Shown here: piece after piece, positions 41,884-52,371 of the stretch
Layout of the letters: the number at the start of each line of letters is the position of its first letter
Numbering within the stretch: position 1 is the first letter of the stretch
Origin: an uncultured Nitrospiraceae bacterium
GTDB taxonomy: Bacteria > Nitrospirota > Nitrospiria > Nitrospirales > Nitrospiraceae
Direction of reading: 5' to 3'
Length of the DNA: 64,000 nucleotides
NCBI GenBank assembly: GCA_963730935.1
Contig: CAVSTP010000002.1
Location: 352,001 to 416,000 of the forward strand
The notes under the pieces: generated by a model
The model's database searches: none
Told to the model about the DNA's origin: nothing
Seen by the model: the letters and a program-made list of their open reading frames with translations, nothing else
Made by a program: the position numbers and the translations under genes

Positions 41884-43812
41884 GTGCCGAAAGTCATCCT
41901 CAAGAACGGGAAAAGCATCGAGGTCCCTCCGGGTCATACCGTGGCTCAGGCGCTCACCGCCGGCGGTGTGACCATCGGGCCCGATGTTTTGGCCGCCTCG
42001 GTCAACGGAAGATCGACTGATCTTTCCGCTCCGTTGACAGACGACGCGACGCTGGAACCGCTTCGCTTCGACACCGCCGAGGGCCGGGAAGTCTACCGGC
42101 ACAGCAGCACACATATCATGGCTCAGGCCGTGAAAGAACTCTTCCCCACCGCCCAGTTGACCATCGGACCCGCCCTGGAAGACAGCTTCTACTATGACTT
42201 CGCCTATGACCGGCCGTTCACGCCAGAAGACCTCGACAAAATTGAGCAGCGCGCACGGGAGATTGCCGCCCGAAACCTCTCGGTCCAACGTCGTGAAATG
42301 ACCAAGCAGGAGGCGGTGGAGTTCTTCAAGTCCCGAGGCGAGCTCTACAAGGTAGAACTCATCCAAAGCTTTCCGGATGGGGAGCCGATTTCCGTGTATA
42401 CGCAGGGAGATTTCGTCGATCTTTGCCGGGGGCCGCACCTGCCTTCAACCGGCCATGTAGGAGCCTTCAAGTTGCTGACGACAGCGGGCGCCTATTGGCG
42501 CGGAGATGAACGCAATGCGATGCTCCAAAGGATTTACGGCACGTCGTTTCCGAGCGAGGCGGAACTCACTGCCCACCTGGCCCGGCTGGAGGAAATCAAA
42601 CGTCGTGATCATCGCAAGGTCGGGAAGGAATTGGACCTCATCTCCGTCCAGGACGAGATCGGACCCGGCCTAGTCCTCTGGCATCCGAAAGGCGCCGCCA
42701 TTCGGCTACTGATCGAAAACTTTTGGCGGGAGCAGCACCTGAAGGACGGATACGAGCTGGTCTATTCTCCGCATGTCGCCCGGCTGGATTTGTGGAAGAC
42801 CAGCGGGCATGTCGACTATTACCGCGAGAACATGTTCGCGCCGATGAAAGTGGAGGGCAGCGAATACCAGCTCAAGCCGATGAACTGCCCCTATCACATC
42901 ATGATTTACAAGTCGCATCTGCGGAGCTACCGCGACCTGCCGATCCGCTACGGTGAGCTGGGTACGGTCTATCGCTACGAGCGGACAGGAGTGCTTCACG
43001 GACTATTGCGCGTGCGCGGGTTCACGCAGGACGACGCCCATTTGTTTTGTCGGCCCGATCAAATCGAAACCGAAGTCAGTCGCGTGCTGGATTTTACGTT
43101 TTTCATTCTGCGCACGTTCGGGTTCAATGAATTCGAGGTGTTTCTCTCGACCAGACCAAAGGAGTCGGTGGGGGCCGAAGAGCACTGGACGCTGGCGACA
43201 AGCGCACTAGAGGCGGCGCTCAAAAGCCGCAACATTTCGTTCCACCTTGATCCCGGCGGAGGTGCGTTCTACGGTCCAAAAATCGACATCAAGATCAAGG
43301 ATGCCTTGGGCCGTTCCTGGCAATGTTCAACGGTCCAGATCGACTTCAACAATCCCGAACGCTTCGACATGCACTACATCGGAGAGGACGGGAAGAGCCA
43401 CCGGCCCATCATGATCCACCGGGCCTTGATGGGGTCGATCGAGCGGTTCTTCGGCATTCTCATCGAGCATTATGGCGGGGCGTTTCCCGTCTGGTTGGCC
43501 CCCGTGCAGGCCGTGGTCATTGCGATCACCGACCACCAGCACGAATTCGTGACCCAGGTTGTGGCGCAGATGAAGGCAGCAGGCTTCCGCGTCGAAGCCG
43601 ATCTCCGCAATGAGAAGATCGGGCTCAAGATCCGCGAAGCGGAAAAGGCGAAGGTCCCGTTTATGTTCGTCGTCGGCGACCGGGAGGTGCAGGCCGGCAC
43701 GCTGTCCGTTAGAGGACGCAGCGGCGCCAACCTCGGCACCATGACCGTCGCCGGTGTATTGGATCTGCTCAAGGCTGAAGTGCAGCGGCAGCAACTTTCA
43801 CCTACATCATGA
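41884..43812 (+). CDS. thrS: Threonyl-tRNA synthetase
   Basis: HSSTHIMAQA, DLCRGPH, KPMNCP, RVRGFTQDDAH, FYGPKID; GTG start. Confidence 0.97.
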   Translation: MPKVILKNGKSIEVPPGHTVAQALTAGGVTIGPDVLAASVNGRSTDLSAPLTDDATLEPLRFDTAEGREVYRHSSTHIMAQAVKELFPTAQLTIGPALEDSFYYDFAYDRPFTPEDLDKIEQRAREIAARNLSVQRREMTKQEAVEFFKSRGELYKVELIQSFPDGEPISVYTQGDFVDLCRGPHLPSTGHVGAFKLLTTAGAYWRGDERNAMLQRIYGTSFPSEAELTAHLARLEEIKRRDHRKVGKELDLISVQDEIGPGLVLWHPKGAAIRLLIENFWREQHLKDGYELVYSPHVARLDLWKTSGHVDYYRENMFAPMKVEGSEYQLKPMNCPYHIMIYKSHLRSYRDLPIRYGELGTVYRYERTGVLHGLLRVRGFTQDDAHLFCRPDQIETEVSRVLDFTFFILRTFGFNEFEVFLSTRPKESVGAEEHWTLATSALEAALKSRNISFHLDPGGGAFYGPKIDIKIKDALGRSWQCSTVQIDFNNPERFDMHYIGEDGKSHRPIMIHRALMGSIERFFGILIEHYGGAFPVWLAPVQAVVIAITDHQHEFVTQVVAQMKAAGFRVEADLRNEKIGLKIREAEKAKVPFMFVVGDREVQAGTLSVRGRSGANLGTMTVAGVLDLLKAEVQRQQLSPTS

Positions 43813-43822
43813 GAGGTGGCCT

Positions 43823-44329
43823 ATCGTTCCCAAACTGCGGGTGAACCGCGAGATTCGAGTGCGTGAAGTCAGAGTGATCGGGCCGGAAGGCGAGCAGCTC
43901 GGCATCCTTCCGACGCCGGAAGCGTTCAAGCAGGCGCAAGAAGGCGGATTTGATCTGGTGGAAGTCGCGCCGACGTCGGTGCCGCCGGTCTGCCGCATCA
44001 TGGATTACGGCAAGTACAAGTACGAGCTGAGCAAAAAGGATCATCAGAGCCGGCGGCACCAAAAATCGACCCAGGTCAAGGAAATCAAATTGCGTCCACG
44101 GACGGACAAGCACGATCTCGAGATCAAGATCCGGCAGATCAAGGGGTTTTTGGAAGAAGGCAACAAAACGAAGGTCGTGCTGACCTACCGCGGACGCGAA
44201 ATGGCCAATCAGGAAATGGGCCGGGCGGTCATGAACTCGGTGATCGCCGAATTGACGGAGACCGGCACGATCGAATATGCCCCGCGCATGGAAGGGCGCA
44301 GCCTGATCATGATTGTCGCTCCCAAATAA
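43823..44329 (+). CDS. infC: Translation initiation factor IF-3 (ATC start codon)
   Basis: RVNREI, DYGKYKYE, KEIKLRP; GAGAGGTG RBS precedes an in-frame ATC at 43823. Confidence 0.93.
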   Translation: MVPKLRVNREIRVREVRVIGPEGEQLGILPTPEAFKQAQEGGFDLVEVAPTSVPPVCRIMDYGKYKYELSKKDHQSRRHQKSTQVKEIKLRPRTDKHDLEIKIRQIKGFLEEGNKTKVVLTYRGREMANQEMGRAVMNSVIAELTETGTIEYAPRMEGRSLIMIVAPK

Positions 44330-44367
44330 ACTGCTGTCTGGACACTTAACCGAAAAGGATGCGAGCT

Positions 44368-44562
44368 ATGAAGATGAAATCGCACAGTGGAGCCAGTAAA
44401 CGGTTTCATAGAACCGGGACGGGGAAATTTATGCGCAAGAAAGCCGGCAAGCGGCATATCTTGACGAGCAAGAATCGCGAGCGGAAGCGGCGGCTGAGCG
44501 GCTCAGTGGTCGTGGACAAGACGAAGGTCGCGGCGCTCGAGCGTTTGCTGCCGTATCAATAG
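44368..44562 (+). CDS. rpmI: 50S ribosomal protein L35
   Basis: [18 protein letters not shown]. Confidence 0.95.
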   Translation: MKMKSHSGASKRFHRTGTGKFMRKKAGKRHILTSKNRERKRRLSGSVVVDKTKVAALERLLPYQ

Positions 44563-44600
44563 AGTAACGGTCATGGGATTCAACAAGGGAGAATGAAGTC

Positions 44601-44969
44601 ATGCCACGCGCAAAAGGTGGGCCGAAAACACGAGCGAGACGAAAAAAACGACTGAAGCTGGCAAAAGGGCAGTATGGCGCAAAAAGCCGGCTATTTCGTT
44701 CGGCGACGGAATCGGTGGACAAGGGACAGCAGTACGCCTATACGGGACGCAAAAACCGAAAGCGGGACTTCAGGGCGCTGTGGATCGCGCGAATCAGCGC
44801 GGCAACCAGAGCCCATGGGCTCACGTATGCCCGCTTCATTAATGCGCTGAAGAAGGCCAACATCTTGTTGGACCGCAAGGTACTGTCCGACATGGCGATC
44901 AAGGATACCGCGGGATTCGAGCAACTGGTCGGGCTCGCTAAGCAGCACCTCACCCCCGCAACCGCGTAG
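44601..44969 (+). CDS. rplT: 50S ribosomal protein L20
   Basis: [27 protein letters not shown]. Confidence 0.97.
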   Translation: MPRAKGGPKTRARRKKRLKLAKGQYGAKSRLFRSATESVDKGQQYAYTGRKNRKRDFRALWIARISAATRAHGLTYARFINALKKANILLDRKVLSDMAIKDTAGFEQLVGLAKQHLTPATA

Positions 44970-45043
44970 ATCACGAGACCTGCCAAGCGTTCTGCTTCCT
45001 GGCACCCAAGTGAGCGGAGGGCGACGACGGGTCGTTCTCCGGC

Positions 45044-46762
45044 TTACTGATGGTCGATCAGCTGCGACAGGTTGACGTCGAAGGCAACGACCGGAACGCC
45101 GATCTGCCAGCGCTCGAGGACTTCGGGATGCAGTTCCCCGATCACGCCCATCGTTTTACCAGAGAGCACGATCTTTCCAGCCCGGCCTTCCAGAAACGCC
45201 GGATGCGGCACCGGCTCGAGGGCATATTCCTTCCCCAAATGATAGAACAAGACATCGAGACAGGAATGGATCTCTGAAAAGTGCGCGGTCGCATGTGCGA
45301 TCATGGCGCCGAGGACAGTTTCTGTCCGCGAACCGAGTTCGTGACTGGGATCAGGAATCGCCACATCCCCCGCCTCGAACAACCGATGCGGGTAGAACGC
45401 TCGGCTCGAGGCAGCTTCTACCCGCAACAGCGACGGCAGCATCCATTGGCGTAGGCAGGAAAAACTCAAGGTCATGACATTGTCGACTTCCACCCTCTTG
45501 CCCCACGGAGTGCCAGACAAACGCATCCAATCGCAATACTGCTCGGGCGCCCCCAAGATGTTAGAGATGATCTCCTGAAATCCCATGCCCACCATGAAGT
45601 TTCTGGCTCGATCGGCAGTTTGTTCGATCTTCGAAAGGCCTCCCACGGTGAATTGCGCCGGCATGACGGGAGAAAATTCTGCGTAGCCTCGGCTCATGGC
45701 CACATCTTCCACCACGTCCATGGCATGCATCACATCCTGTCGGTAGGGAGGCAGCTTCGCCTTAACCGAACCGGTCTGTGACGTAACCTCATAGCCGTAC
45801 ACTTGCAGCGCCTCTTTGACCGCCTGCGCACCAAGCTTTTGGCCAAGCGCCTGCTCGATCGTATCGAGGGAAATTGTTCGTGATCGGCCAAGGTCCTGGG
45901 GCGTCACGACGCGTTTCCCTAGCGGGGTCTTTTGGGGATATACCACTTCGATGGGCTCGATGGTGGCGCCGCGGTCGGCCAGATTCGCGGCAAAAATATT
46001 GAGGGTCAACACCACCATTGAAAGATCCGTCCCCGTGACCTCTATGAACAATTCGTCGTCTCCTGGCCGTACCTCCCCGATTTCGCGGCTGTTGATGATC
46101 GGCGGAAACGACAACACCTGTTGTTTGGCATCCCTGAGAATCGGTACATGCTCATGGCCTGCGAGAATGTGGCCGTGCTCCAAGCCCTTGGGATGAATCA
46201 TCAGAATTTCGGACAGCGTCATGACGGTCTCCATCCCCAAAGGGGTGAACCGTGCCGCGTCGCGCTCAACCAATTCATACGTCACAGGAAAGTGAATGTT
46301 GTTGAGCTGATATAAACCGATGGAGACGGTCCTGCGTTTATGCCCATAAATATCCGCCAGTTTCTCCTGCGATTGAATGAGCTGAGCCAAGCCTTCATCG
46401 GTCACCCGGTAGCCTCTGGCCGTGCAAGCTGCGACAAAGGGCCGCACCTGTGCCAGTCCTGGTGCGACGACCACACGTCGGGTAATTTTCGACTTCTTCG
46501 ATAAAAACGGATAGGGTTTCAACTTCCCTTCTTGTTTGATGCGGATTTGCCGTGCGATCCCTTCACAACTCCAGAGGTCGGGACGGTTGCTGTCTTGCAG
46601 TTCGATGCGCAATTCGCCCGTTTCCGCGACGTGCTCCTTCAGTTCACCCTTCACCAACATGAGCCAATCCTCGAGACGCTCAATTGACACCGGTCGCTTG
46701 TTTTGCGGATCCGCGCCAAGGAGCGATTCAAAATCCTTTTTAAAAATGGAAATTGTCGGCAT
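45044..46762 (-). CDS. pheT: Phenylalanyl-tRNA synthetase beta subunit, archaeal/eukaryotic type
   Basis: 572 aa; MPTI, NRPDLWSCEGIAR, QEKL, LSFPPIINS, RQDVMHAMDVVED; no B2 OB or FDX-ACB domain. Confidence 0.92.
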   Translation of the reverse strand: MPTISIFKKDFESLLGADPQNKRPVSIERLEDWLMLVKGELKEHVAETGELRIELQDSNRPDLWSCEGIARQIRIKQEGKLKPYPFLSKKSKITRRVVVAPGLAQVRPFVAACTARGYRVTDEGLAQLIQSQEKLADIYGHKRRTVSIGLYQLNNIHFPVTYELVERDAARFTPLGMETVMTLSEILMIHPKGLEHGHILAGHEHVPILRDAKQQVLSFPPIINSREIGEVRPGDDELFIEVTGTDLSMVVLTLNIFAANLADRGATIEPIEVVYPQKTPLGKRVVTPQDLGRSRTISLDTIEQALGQKLGAQAVKEALQVYGYEVTSQTGSVKAKLPPYRQDVMHAMDVVEDVAMSRGYAEFSPVMPAQFTVGGLSKIEQTADRARNFMVGMGFQEIISNILGAPEQYCDWMRLSGTPWGKRVEVDNVMTLSFSCLRQWMLPSLLRVEAASSRAFYPHRLFEAGDVAIPDPSHELGSRTETVLGAMIAHATAHFSEIHSCLDVLFYHLGKEYALEPVPHPAFLEGRAGKIVLSGKTMGVIGELHPEVLERWQIGVPVVAFDVNLSQLIDHQ

Positions 46763-46765
46763 TGG

Positions 46766-48331
46766 TTAAAACAGGCCTCTTGTCGTACGGATCATGTCGA
46801 GATTATCGGTGAACAGTTCCCGGATGTCATGGATCCCCAAGGCCACCATCGCCATACGGTCAAGGCCGAGGCCCCAGGCAATCACAGGCACGCTCACCCC
46901 CAAGGGCAGTGTGACTTCCGATCGGAAAAGCCCGGCGCCCCCCAATTCCATCCATCCGAGCCGCGGATGGCGCACGTGCAGTTCCACCGATGGTTCTGTA
47001 AACGGAAAATAGGCCGGCAAAAACTTCACTTCCTTGGCCTGCGCCACTTCACGAGCAAAAAGATTCAGGAGCCCCAGCAGAGTCCGGAAGTTGATGTCCT
47101 CGCCGAGAACGATGCCTTCCACCTGAAAAAAGTCTGTGGCGTGCGTGGCGTCGACCTGGTCGTAGCGAAAACATCTGGCGATCGAAAAATATTTTCCGGG
47201 CACGGCCGGCCCTGATGCCAGTGTCCTGGCGGACACGGCCGTGCCCTGACTGCGCAACACGAGCCGTTTGGCCCGCTCGACATCGAAGGCGTACTGCCAG
47301 CCGGTCGACCCCGTCGCCCCTCCGTTGCGATGGGCGCTGGCCACCCTCGTGAGAAACGGCTCGGCAATGTGCGTGGCGTGGGTCGGTTGCTTGACGAAAT
47401 AGACGTCATGGATGTCGCGCGCCGGATGGAACTGCGGCATAAACAGGGCATCCATGTTCCAGAATTCCGTCTCCACCAGGGACCCACGCATCTCCTGGAA
47501 GCCCATACTCACCAGCTTGGTCTTCACCGTATCCAGAAATTCGCGGTACGGATGCTTCTTCCCGATAGCGATCCGCGGCGCACGGAGGTTGATGGTGTAT
47601 TTTCGGAACCGCTTGGTTCGCCAGCCCCCGTCCTTCAGCAACTCGGGACTGAGCTGAGAGACTTCTTCCGCCACACCCTCTTTGGCCAGGTGCTCCATGG
47701 CCGTCATGCCTCCGGAGGCTACCTTGAAGGATCTGGCCACGCGTTCATCGACTCGAAACGGTTCATTAGCATTGCCCCGCTTGACGGAATAATCCATGAT
47801 GATTTGCCGGTCGCTCTCGGAAAAGGTTTCCAGCTCACGGGATTCTCCGTGGAGCTGTTCAAGCAACATCCTGAGACGCTCGGCGGTGGGACTGGGACGG
47901 CCGGTCGACTCAATGCAGCCGCCCTGAACAATCAACAGCGCTCCTTCTTTTTTCAGCCGTCCCACGACCTTGCTGACATCGGAGGGGTCGAGCCCGTCCT
48001 GTAACTGCAAATCTTGGATCGTCAACCGCTGTCCTGTTCCCGCCGCACTTCTCGCAGCAGCAAGAACCTCCTCAATCGGCGACTGCTTGGCATGATATCG
48101 CTCTCCCACCGCCGTCATCGAGACGACGGGAGTGAAGGTTTCCTTGTCGATTGCGAGCAATGATTTGGCGAGCAGCCACTCAATGGCCATGCTGAGCTGT
48201 GACGGCTCCAGGCCCGTCGCGGCGGCCAGTTGCTCGGTCGTAAGCGCTGCCCCCGGATGGCTCGACCCGAAGGCCGTGAGTACCTTGATTTCGAGAGGAT
48301 GCAGACTGTCGATGAGGGAGGAGATGTCCAC
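46766..48331 (-). CDS. pheS: Phenylalanyl-tRNA synthetase alpha subunit, archaeal/eukaryotic type
   Basis: 521 aa with long N-terminal extension; FWNMDALFMPQFHPARD, DATHATDFFQVEG, YFPFTEPS, AWGLGLDR. Confidence 0.93.
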   Translation of the reverse strand: MDISSLIDSLHPLEIKVLTAFGSSHPGAALTTEQLAAATGLEPSQLSMAIEWLLAKSLLAIDKETFTPVVSMTAVGERYHAKQSPIEEVLAAARSAAGTGQRLTIQDLQLQDGLDPSDVSKVVGRLKKEGALLIVQGGCIESTGRPSPTAERLRMLLEQLHGESRELETFSESDRQIIMDYSVKRGNANEPFRVDERVARSFKVASGGMTAMEHLAKEGVAEEVSQLSPELLKDGGWRTKRFRKYTINLRAPRIAIGKKHPYREFLDTVKTKLVSMGFQEMRGSLVETEFWNMDALFMPQFHPARDIHDVYFVKQPTHATHIAEPFLTRVASAHRNGGATGSTGWQYAFDVERAKRLVLRSQGTAVSARTLASGPAVPGKYFSIARCFRYDQVDATHATDFFQVEGIVLGEDINFRTLLGLLNLFAREVAQAKEVKFLPAYFPFTEPSVELHVRHPRLGWMELGGAGLFRSEVTLPLGVSVPVIAWGLGLDRMAMVALGIHDIRELFTDNLDMIRTTRGLF

Positions 48332-48339
48332 CCGAAGAC

Positions 48340-49020
48340 CTATCGGTGGGCGGAAGCCGGCTGTCCTGCCGCCCGCAGCGCAGCGATCGTGACAGCGTAG
48401 TCCGTGCCACAGAATATTGCGGACCCTGCGACGAGCACATCTGCTCCCGCTGCCAGAATGCGCGCCGCATTGTCTACCTTGACGCCGCCGTCCACTTCCA
48501 GAAGCGCTCGGCTGCCGCTTCGGTCGATCATCTGACGAGCGGTGGCGACCTTCCGAAGGCAGGACTCGATGAATGTCTGCCCGCCGAATCCCGGGTTCAC
48601 GGTCATGATGAGCAGGAGATCTACGTCAGGGAGAATCTCTTCAATCGTGTGCAGGGAGGTTGCAGGGTTCAGCGTCACCCCCGCCTTGACCCCCCGTTCC
48701 TTGATGGCCTGCACCGTCCGGTGCAGGTGGAGACAGGCTTCGACGTGCACGGTCAAATAGCCGGCGCCGGCGGTGGCGAACTCATCGACGAAGACATCGG
48801 CGTTTGTAATCATCAGGTGAACGTCGAGAGGAAGCTTGGTCACCTTCTTCAGCGATTCGACGATCGGCGGGCCGACCGTCAGATTCGGTACAAAATGGCC
48901 GTCCATCACGTCGACGTGCAACAAATCGGCACCGCCCCGTTCGACCGCGGCCACTTCCTCGGCCAAACGTGCAAAATCGGCGGAGAGAATCGAGGGAGCA
49001 ATGAGGGTTGTTCTCGTCAT
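48340..49020 (-). CDS. rpe: Ribulose-phosphate 3-epimerase
   Basis: IAPSILSADF, HVDVMDGHFVPN, VNPGFGGQ, EVDGG. Confidence 0.96.
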   Translation of the reverse strand: MTRTTLIAPSILSADFARLAEEVAAVERGGADLLHVDVMDGHFVPNLTVGPPIVESLKKVTKLPLDVHLMITNADVFVDEFATAGAGYLTVHVEACLHLHRTVQAIKERGVKAGVTLNPATSLHTIEEILPDVDLLLIMTVNPGFGGQTFIESCLRKVATARQMIDRSGSRALLEVDGGVKVDNAARILAAGADVLVAGSAIFCGTDYAVTIAALRAAGQPASAHR

Positions 49021-50459
49021 AAGCAGACGTTCTTTAGACGGGCCGCGTAGAACGCGTCCATCGAATCCCGGTTTCCCATCGTGGAGAGGTCCCCGCGCTC
49101 GGTCAAGAAGTTCTGTCCCCCCTCGGGAAGCCAAGGCGCCACCGATTCGCGCCGGAACTCCGCATGGGACCGCAAGAATTGATCGATGACGCCTTCGTTT
49201 TCTTCCGTTTCGGTCGAGCACGTACTATAGACCAGCACCCCGCCGGGCCGCAAGCACAGAGCCGCCGACTCAAGGATCTGAAGCTGCAGCTCGTGATGAC
49301 GTTCGAACTGTTCGCTGCTCTTCCGCCACTTCGCTTCCGGATGCCGACGCAAGACGCCGAATCCGCTGCAGGGCGCATCGACGAGAATGCGGTCGAACCG
49401 CACGAGGCCGTCCCGACGTTCCTCGCCACTCGGGATCGCTTTCCGCCATGAGAGGTCGCGAACGTCGCCGACGATGGGGAGAAGGCTGGTGTGGCGTAAT
49501 CGTCGGCGGTTGGCGTCAAGCAGTTTCAGTCGCCCCTCGCTTCGGTCCATCGCGTAGATACGGCCCGTGTCTTTCATTAATTCAGCCAGGTGCGTGGTTT
49601 TCCCTCCTGGTGCCGCGCAGGCGTCCAGGACCAGGTCACCCGGACGGACATCGAGGAGAGGAGGGATCAATTGGGCCGCTTCATCTTCTACATAGAACTG
49701 ACCTGCATCAAAACCGGGGAGTGACGGAATAGACACTCCTTCTTCGAGGGTCACTCCCACCGGGCTCATTCGCGTCGGTTTTGCCTTGAGGCCTGCCTCA
49801 TGCAACCGGCTGAGAAATTCATTCCGGCTCACTTGCAGCTGGTTGATACGCAGGGTCAGCGGAGGAATCACGCTGACCTGCTCACAGGCCGTCTGTGCAC
49901 GATCGATCCCCCAACGTTCGATCCAGCGGCGGCTCAGCCATTCGGGAACCGAATATCGGACGGCAAGCGCTTCGGAGGCATGCTCATGGATGGAAGGCCA
50001 GGGTGGGCTCGGCTGGCGTATCAGCCCGCGCAACACGGCATTCACGAGTCCACTCCAGTCTCGCTTCAGCTTCCGAGTTTGCGCCTTAGCCAGGTTCACC
50101 GATTCCGATACCGCCGCGGAGGGAGGAACGCGATCTAGAAAGAGAAGCTGATAGGCTCCGATCCTCAATAACATCTGCACGACCACGGGCAGACGGGCCA
50201 GCGGTTTGTTGAGGACGGGGCAAAGCCGCCAATCAATCGTGCCCAACCGGCGCAACACGCCATAGGCAATTTCCACCGCCAATGCTCTGTCACGTCCTTC
50301 CAATGCCGTTCGCGTCAGAGCGCGATCCATCAGAGCCTCAAGACTTTCGTCGGAGTGCTGGGATTCGATGAGCACCGAAAGTGCCATCGTCCGGGAGGGA
50401 GACGGCGAGTTCGGCTCAACAGGAGGCCGGCTGCTTGTGTTGGGTTTGCGAGCAGGCAT
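49017..50459 (-). CDS. rsmB: 16S rRNA m5C967 methyltransferase
   Basis: NusB-like N-terminus, DACAAPGGKT, DAPCSG, YSTCS. Confidence 0.95.
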   Translation of the reverse strand: MPARKPNTSSRPPVEPNSPSPSRTMALSVLIESQHSDESLEALMDRALTRTALEGRDRALAVEIAYGVLRRLGTIDWRLCPVLNKPLARLPVVVQMLLRIGAYQLLFLDRVPPSAAVSESVNLAKAQTRKLKRDWSGLVNAVLRGLIRQPSPPWPSIHEHASEALAVRYSVPEWLSRRWIERWGIDRAQTACEQVSVIPPLTLRINQLQVSRNEFLSRLHEAGLKAKPTRMSPVGVTLEEGVSIPSLPGFDAGQFYVEDEAAQLIPPLLDVRPGDLVLDACAAPGGKTTHLAELMKDTGRIYAMDRSEGRLKLLDANRRRLRHTSLLPIVGDVRDLSWRKAIPSGEERRDGLVRFDRILVDAPCSGFGVLRRHPEAKWRKSSEQFERHHELQLQILESAALCLRPGGVLVYSTCSTETEENEGVIDQFLRSHAEFRRESVAPWLPEGGQNFLTERGDLSTMGNRDSMDAFYAARLKNVCL

Positions 50460-50497
50460 TGCCGGACAAGGCGTGAGATGCGCTAGGACGCTTCCGA

Positions 50498-51427
50498 CTA
50501 GCTCAACTGCATGCCGGCCTCAAGCGGATGGCCGGCCAGGTACTGCCCCGCCGGCATTCGACGACCATTGGCCGGTTGGAGTTCACGGATCGCCAGAACC
50601 CCTTTTCCGGTCGCCACGTGAATGGCATCTTTCGTGAGGGCGGTGATCTGGCCGGGAGCGAGAGTCGTTGCTTCGTCGAGAGCGATGCTTCGAGAAATCG
50701 TCCAACGATCCGTCTTTAAAAAGGTATAGGCCCCCGGCCAAGGCGTGAGACCGCGTATACGATTGACGATCGATGTGGCGGACATCATCCAGTTGACCGC
50801 GCCGTCTTCCTTTTTCAACAGAGGCGCCAACGTCGCCTGGCCATGGTCCTGCAAGCGAGGTGTCAGCTTGCCCGTCTTGGACTGAACAAGCGTTTCCACA
50901 AGCAAGCGTCCGCCAAGATCCGCCAGCCGGGACGACAGACTCCCGGCGGTATCGTCCGACCCAATGGCCATGGTGGCCTGCAGAAGTATGGCTCCGGTAT
51001 CCATTCCTTCGTCCATCAGCATCGTGGTGATACCGGTTTCGGTTTCTCCGTTGATGAGAGCCCATTGGATCGGGCCGGCTCCCCGATATTTCGGCAAGAG
51101 CGAGCCGTGCACGTTAATGCAACCGCGAGGGGGGAGCGAGAGGATGGCGAGCGGCAGAATGCGACCGAACGCTGCGACCGCAATCACGTCCGGATTCCAT
51201 CCGGAAAGCTCGGCCATAAACGATGGATCTTTCATTTTTGCTGGTTGCAACACCGGGATCTGCTCGCGTTGTGCGATGACCTTGACCGGCGACGGGGAAA
51301 GACGTTGCCCGCGGCCCCTGGGACGATCCGGTTGGGTCACAATGCCGACGACACGGTCGTCCGATTTGAGCAGAGCCTCCAGCGAAGGAACGGCGAATTC
51401 GGGCGTCCCCATGAAGACGATGCGCAT
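50498..51427 (-). CDS. fmt: Methionyl-tRNA formyltransferase
   Basis: MRIVFMGTPEFA, INVHGSLLPKYRGAGP, MDTG. Confidence 0.97.
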   Translation of the reverse strand: MRIVFMGTPEFAVPSLEALLKSDDRVVGIVTQPDRPRGRGQRLSPSPVKVIAQREQIPVLQPAKMKDPSFMAELSGWNPDVIAVAAFGRILPLAILSLPPRGCINVHGSLLPKYRGAGPIQWALINGETETGITTMLMDEGMDTGAILLQATMAIGSDDTAGSLSSRLADLGGRLLVETLVQSKTGKLTPRLQDHGQATLAPLLKKEDGAVNWMMSATSIVNRIRGLTPWPGAYTFLKTDRWTISRSIALDEATTLAPGQITALTKDAIHVATGKGVLAIRELQPANGRRMPAGQYLAGHPLEAGMQLS

Positions 51428-51472
51428 TCCACCGCTTTAGCACCCACGCGAGACGAAAGCAACGGGCGTGGT

Positions 51473-51502
51473 TTGACTTGCAGAGAAATGCTTTGTTAGT
51501 AT
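51473..51502 (+). promoter_or_regulatory. Putative sigma70 promoter of tRNA-fMet
   Basis: TTGACT-18-TAGTAT with a TG extension. Confidence 0.45.
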
Positions 51503-51507
51503 CCGCG

Positions 51508-51584
<77 letters not shown>

Positions 51585-51588
51585 ACCC

Positions 51589-51662
51589 TATCAAAGACTT
51601 AGCAACTCCTTACCAGTCGGCCGATTCCTGAAGATAGCCAGAATGTCCGTGTTCTGTCCGTG
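51589..51662 (+). repeat. att-arm-like region: IHF consensus site and two TGTCCGTG direct repeats
   Basis: TATCAAAGACTTA matches WATCAANNNNTTR; TGTCCGTG at 51644 and 51655. Confidence 0.6.
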
Positions 51663-51677
51663 TTCTTTGAGCAAATA

Positions 51678-51713
51678 AACCCGCAGGTCGCAGGTTCAAT
51701 TCCAGCCGGGCGC
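51678..51713 (+). repeat. 3' fragment of tRNA-Arg(TCG) (att core), inverted relative to 3570-3605
   Basis: AACCCGCAGGTCGCAGGTTCAATTCCAGCCGGGCGC, 35/36 identical. Confidence 0.9.
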
Positions 51714-51736
51714 TCTCGCTAGAACGAATTGTGCCA

Positions 51737-51806
51737 ATAAAAGAGCCCGCCTCCCTTTCGGAAAGCGGGCTCCGCTCTTGGATTTGGCAAAGTTTCCATT
51801 GCCGTT
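51737..51806 (-). ncRNA. Candidate ~70-nt sRNA, copy 1
   Basis: TTGAGG-16-TATCTT promoter, 5' hairpin and GAGCCCGC/GCGGGCTC-T5 terminator, conserved at 63040. Confidence 0.5.
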
Positions 51807-52056
51807 TTCTAAGATACTCTCATCCTATCAAGCCTCAATAAGAAAGAAAGCCGCTGGGAAGATCCCTAAAGTTGGTCCAAACAGTCTAGGTTTCCTGCTT
51901 ATAACTACCACGATTTGTGGGGGTTCGTGAGGATACGAATGGGCACGTTGAGCGTCCCCACCAATAGTCCGTCCTCACTTTGGAGATGAATCCGTACACG
52001 CTGAAGCTCGTCGTTCTGCTTGTTAGCATTGTCGGATATGCCGTCTTTGGCTTCCA

Positions 52057-52236
52057 TCATGCCTTTCCTTTCGGGAGATGGCCTTTTCGTTCCAAGTCCG
52101 CCACGTGATCAACCAGAAGTTGGACGACGTATTTCTGAATGCTTCGCCCTCCGCTCAAGGCAGCGGCAGCTTTTAATTTGTGCACGAGATCATCTGGGAC
52201 ATTGCGTAGATACAGAACCTTAGGCTTAGTAGCCAT
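52057..52236 (-). CDS. Ribbon-helix-helix-type protein
   Basis: LYLRNVPDDLVHKLKAAAALSG..SIQKYV; LERKGHLPKGK matches the C-terminus of the 2994 paralog. Confidence 0.75.
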   Translation of the reverse strand: MATKPKVLYLRNVPDDLVHKLKAAAALSGGRSIQKYVVQLLVDHVADLERKGHLPKGKA

Positions 52237-52371
52237 GGGCCGGCGATAATATCGCAACAACTCCGGCCGACACAACTCCTTTACCTGCTCACTAGCAAAG
52301 ACTATACTATGCTAGCAGATGTCGCAGAGCTGGCATTGATGATAAGCGCTGCGATTGTAAGCGAGTGTGAT

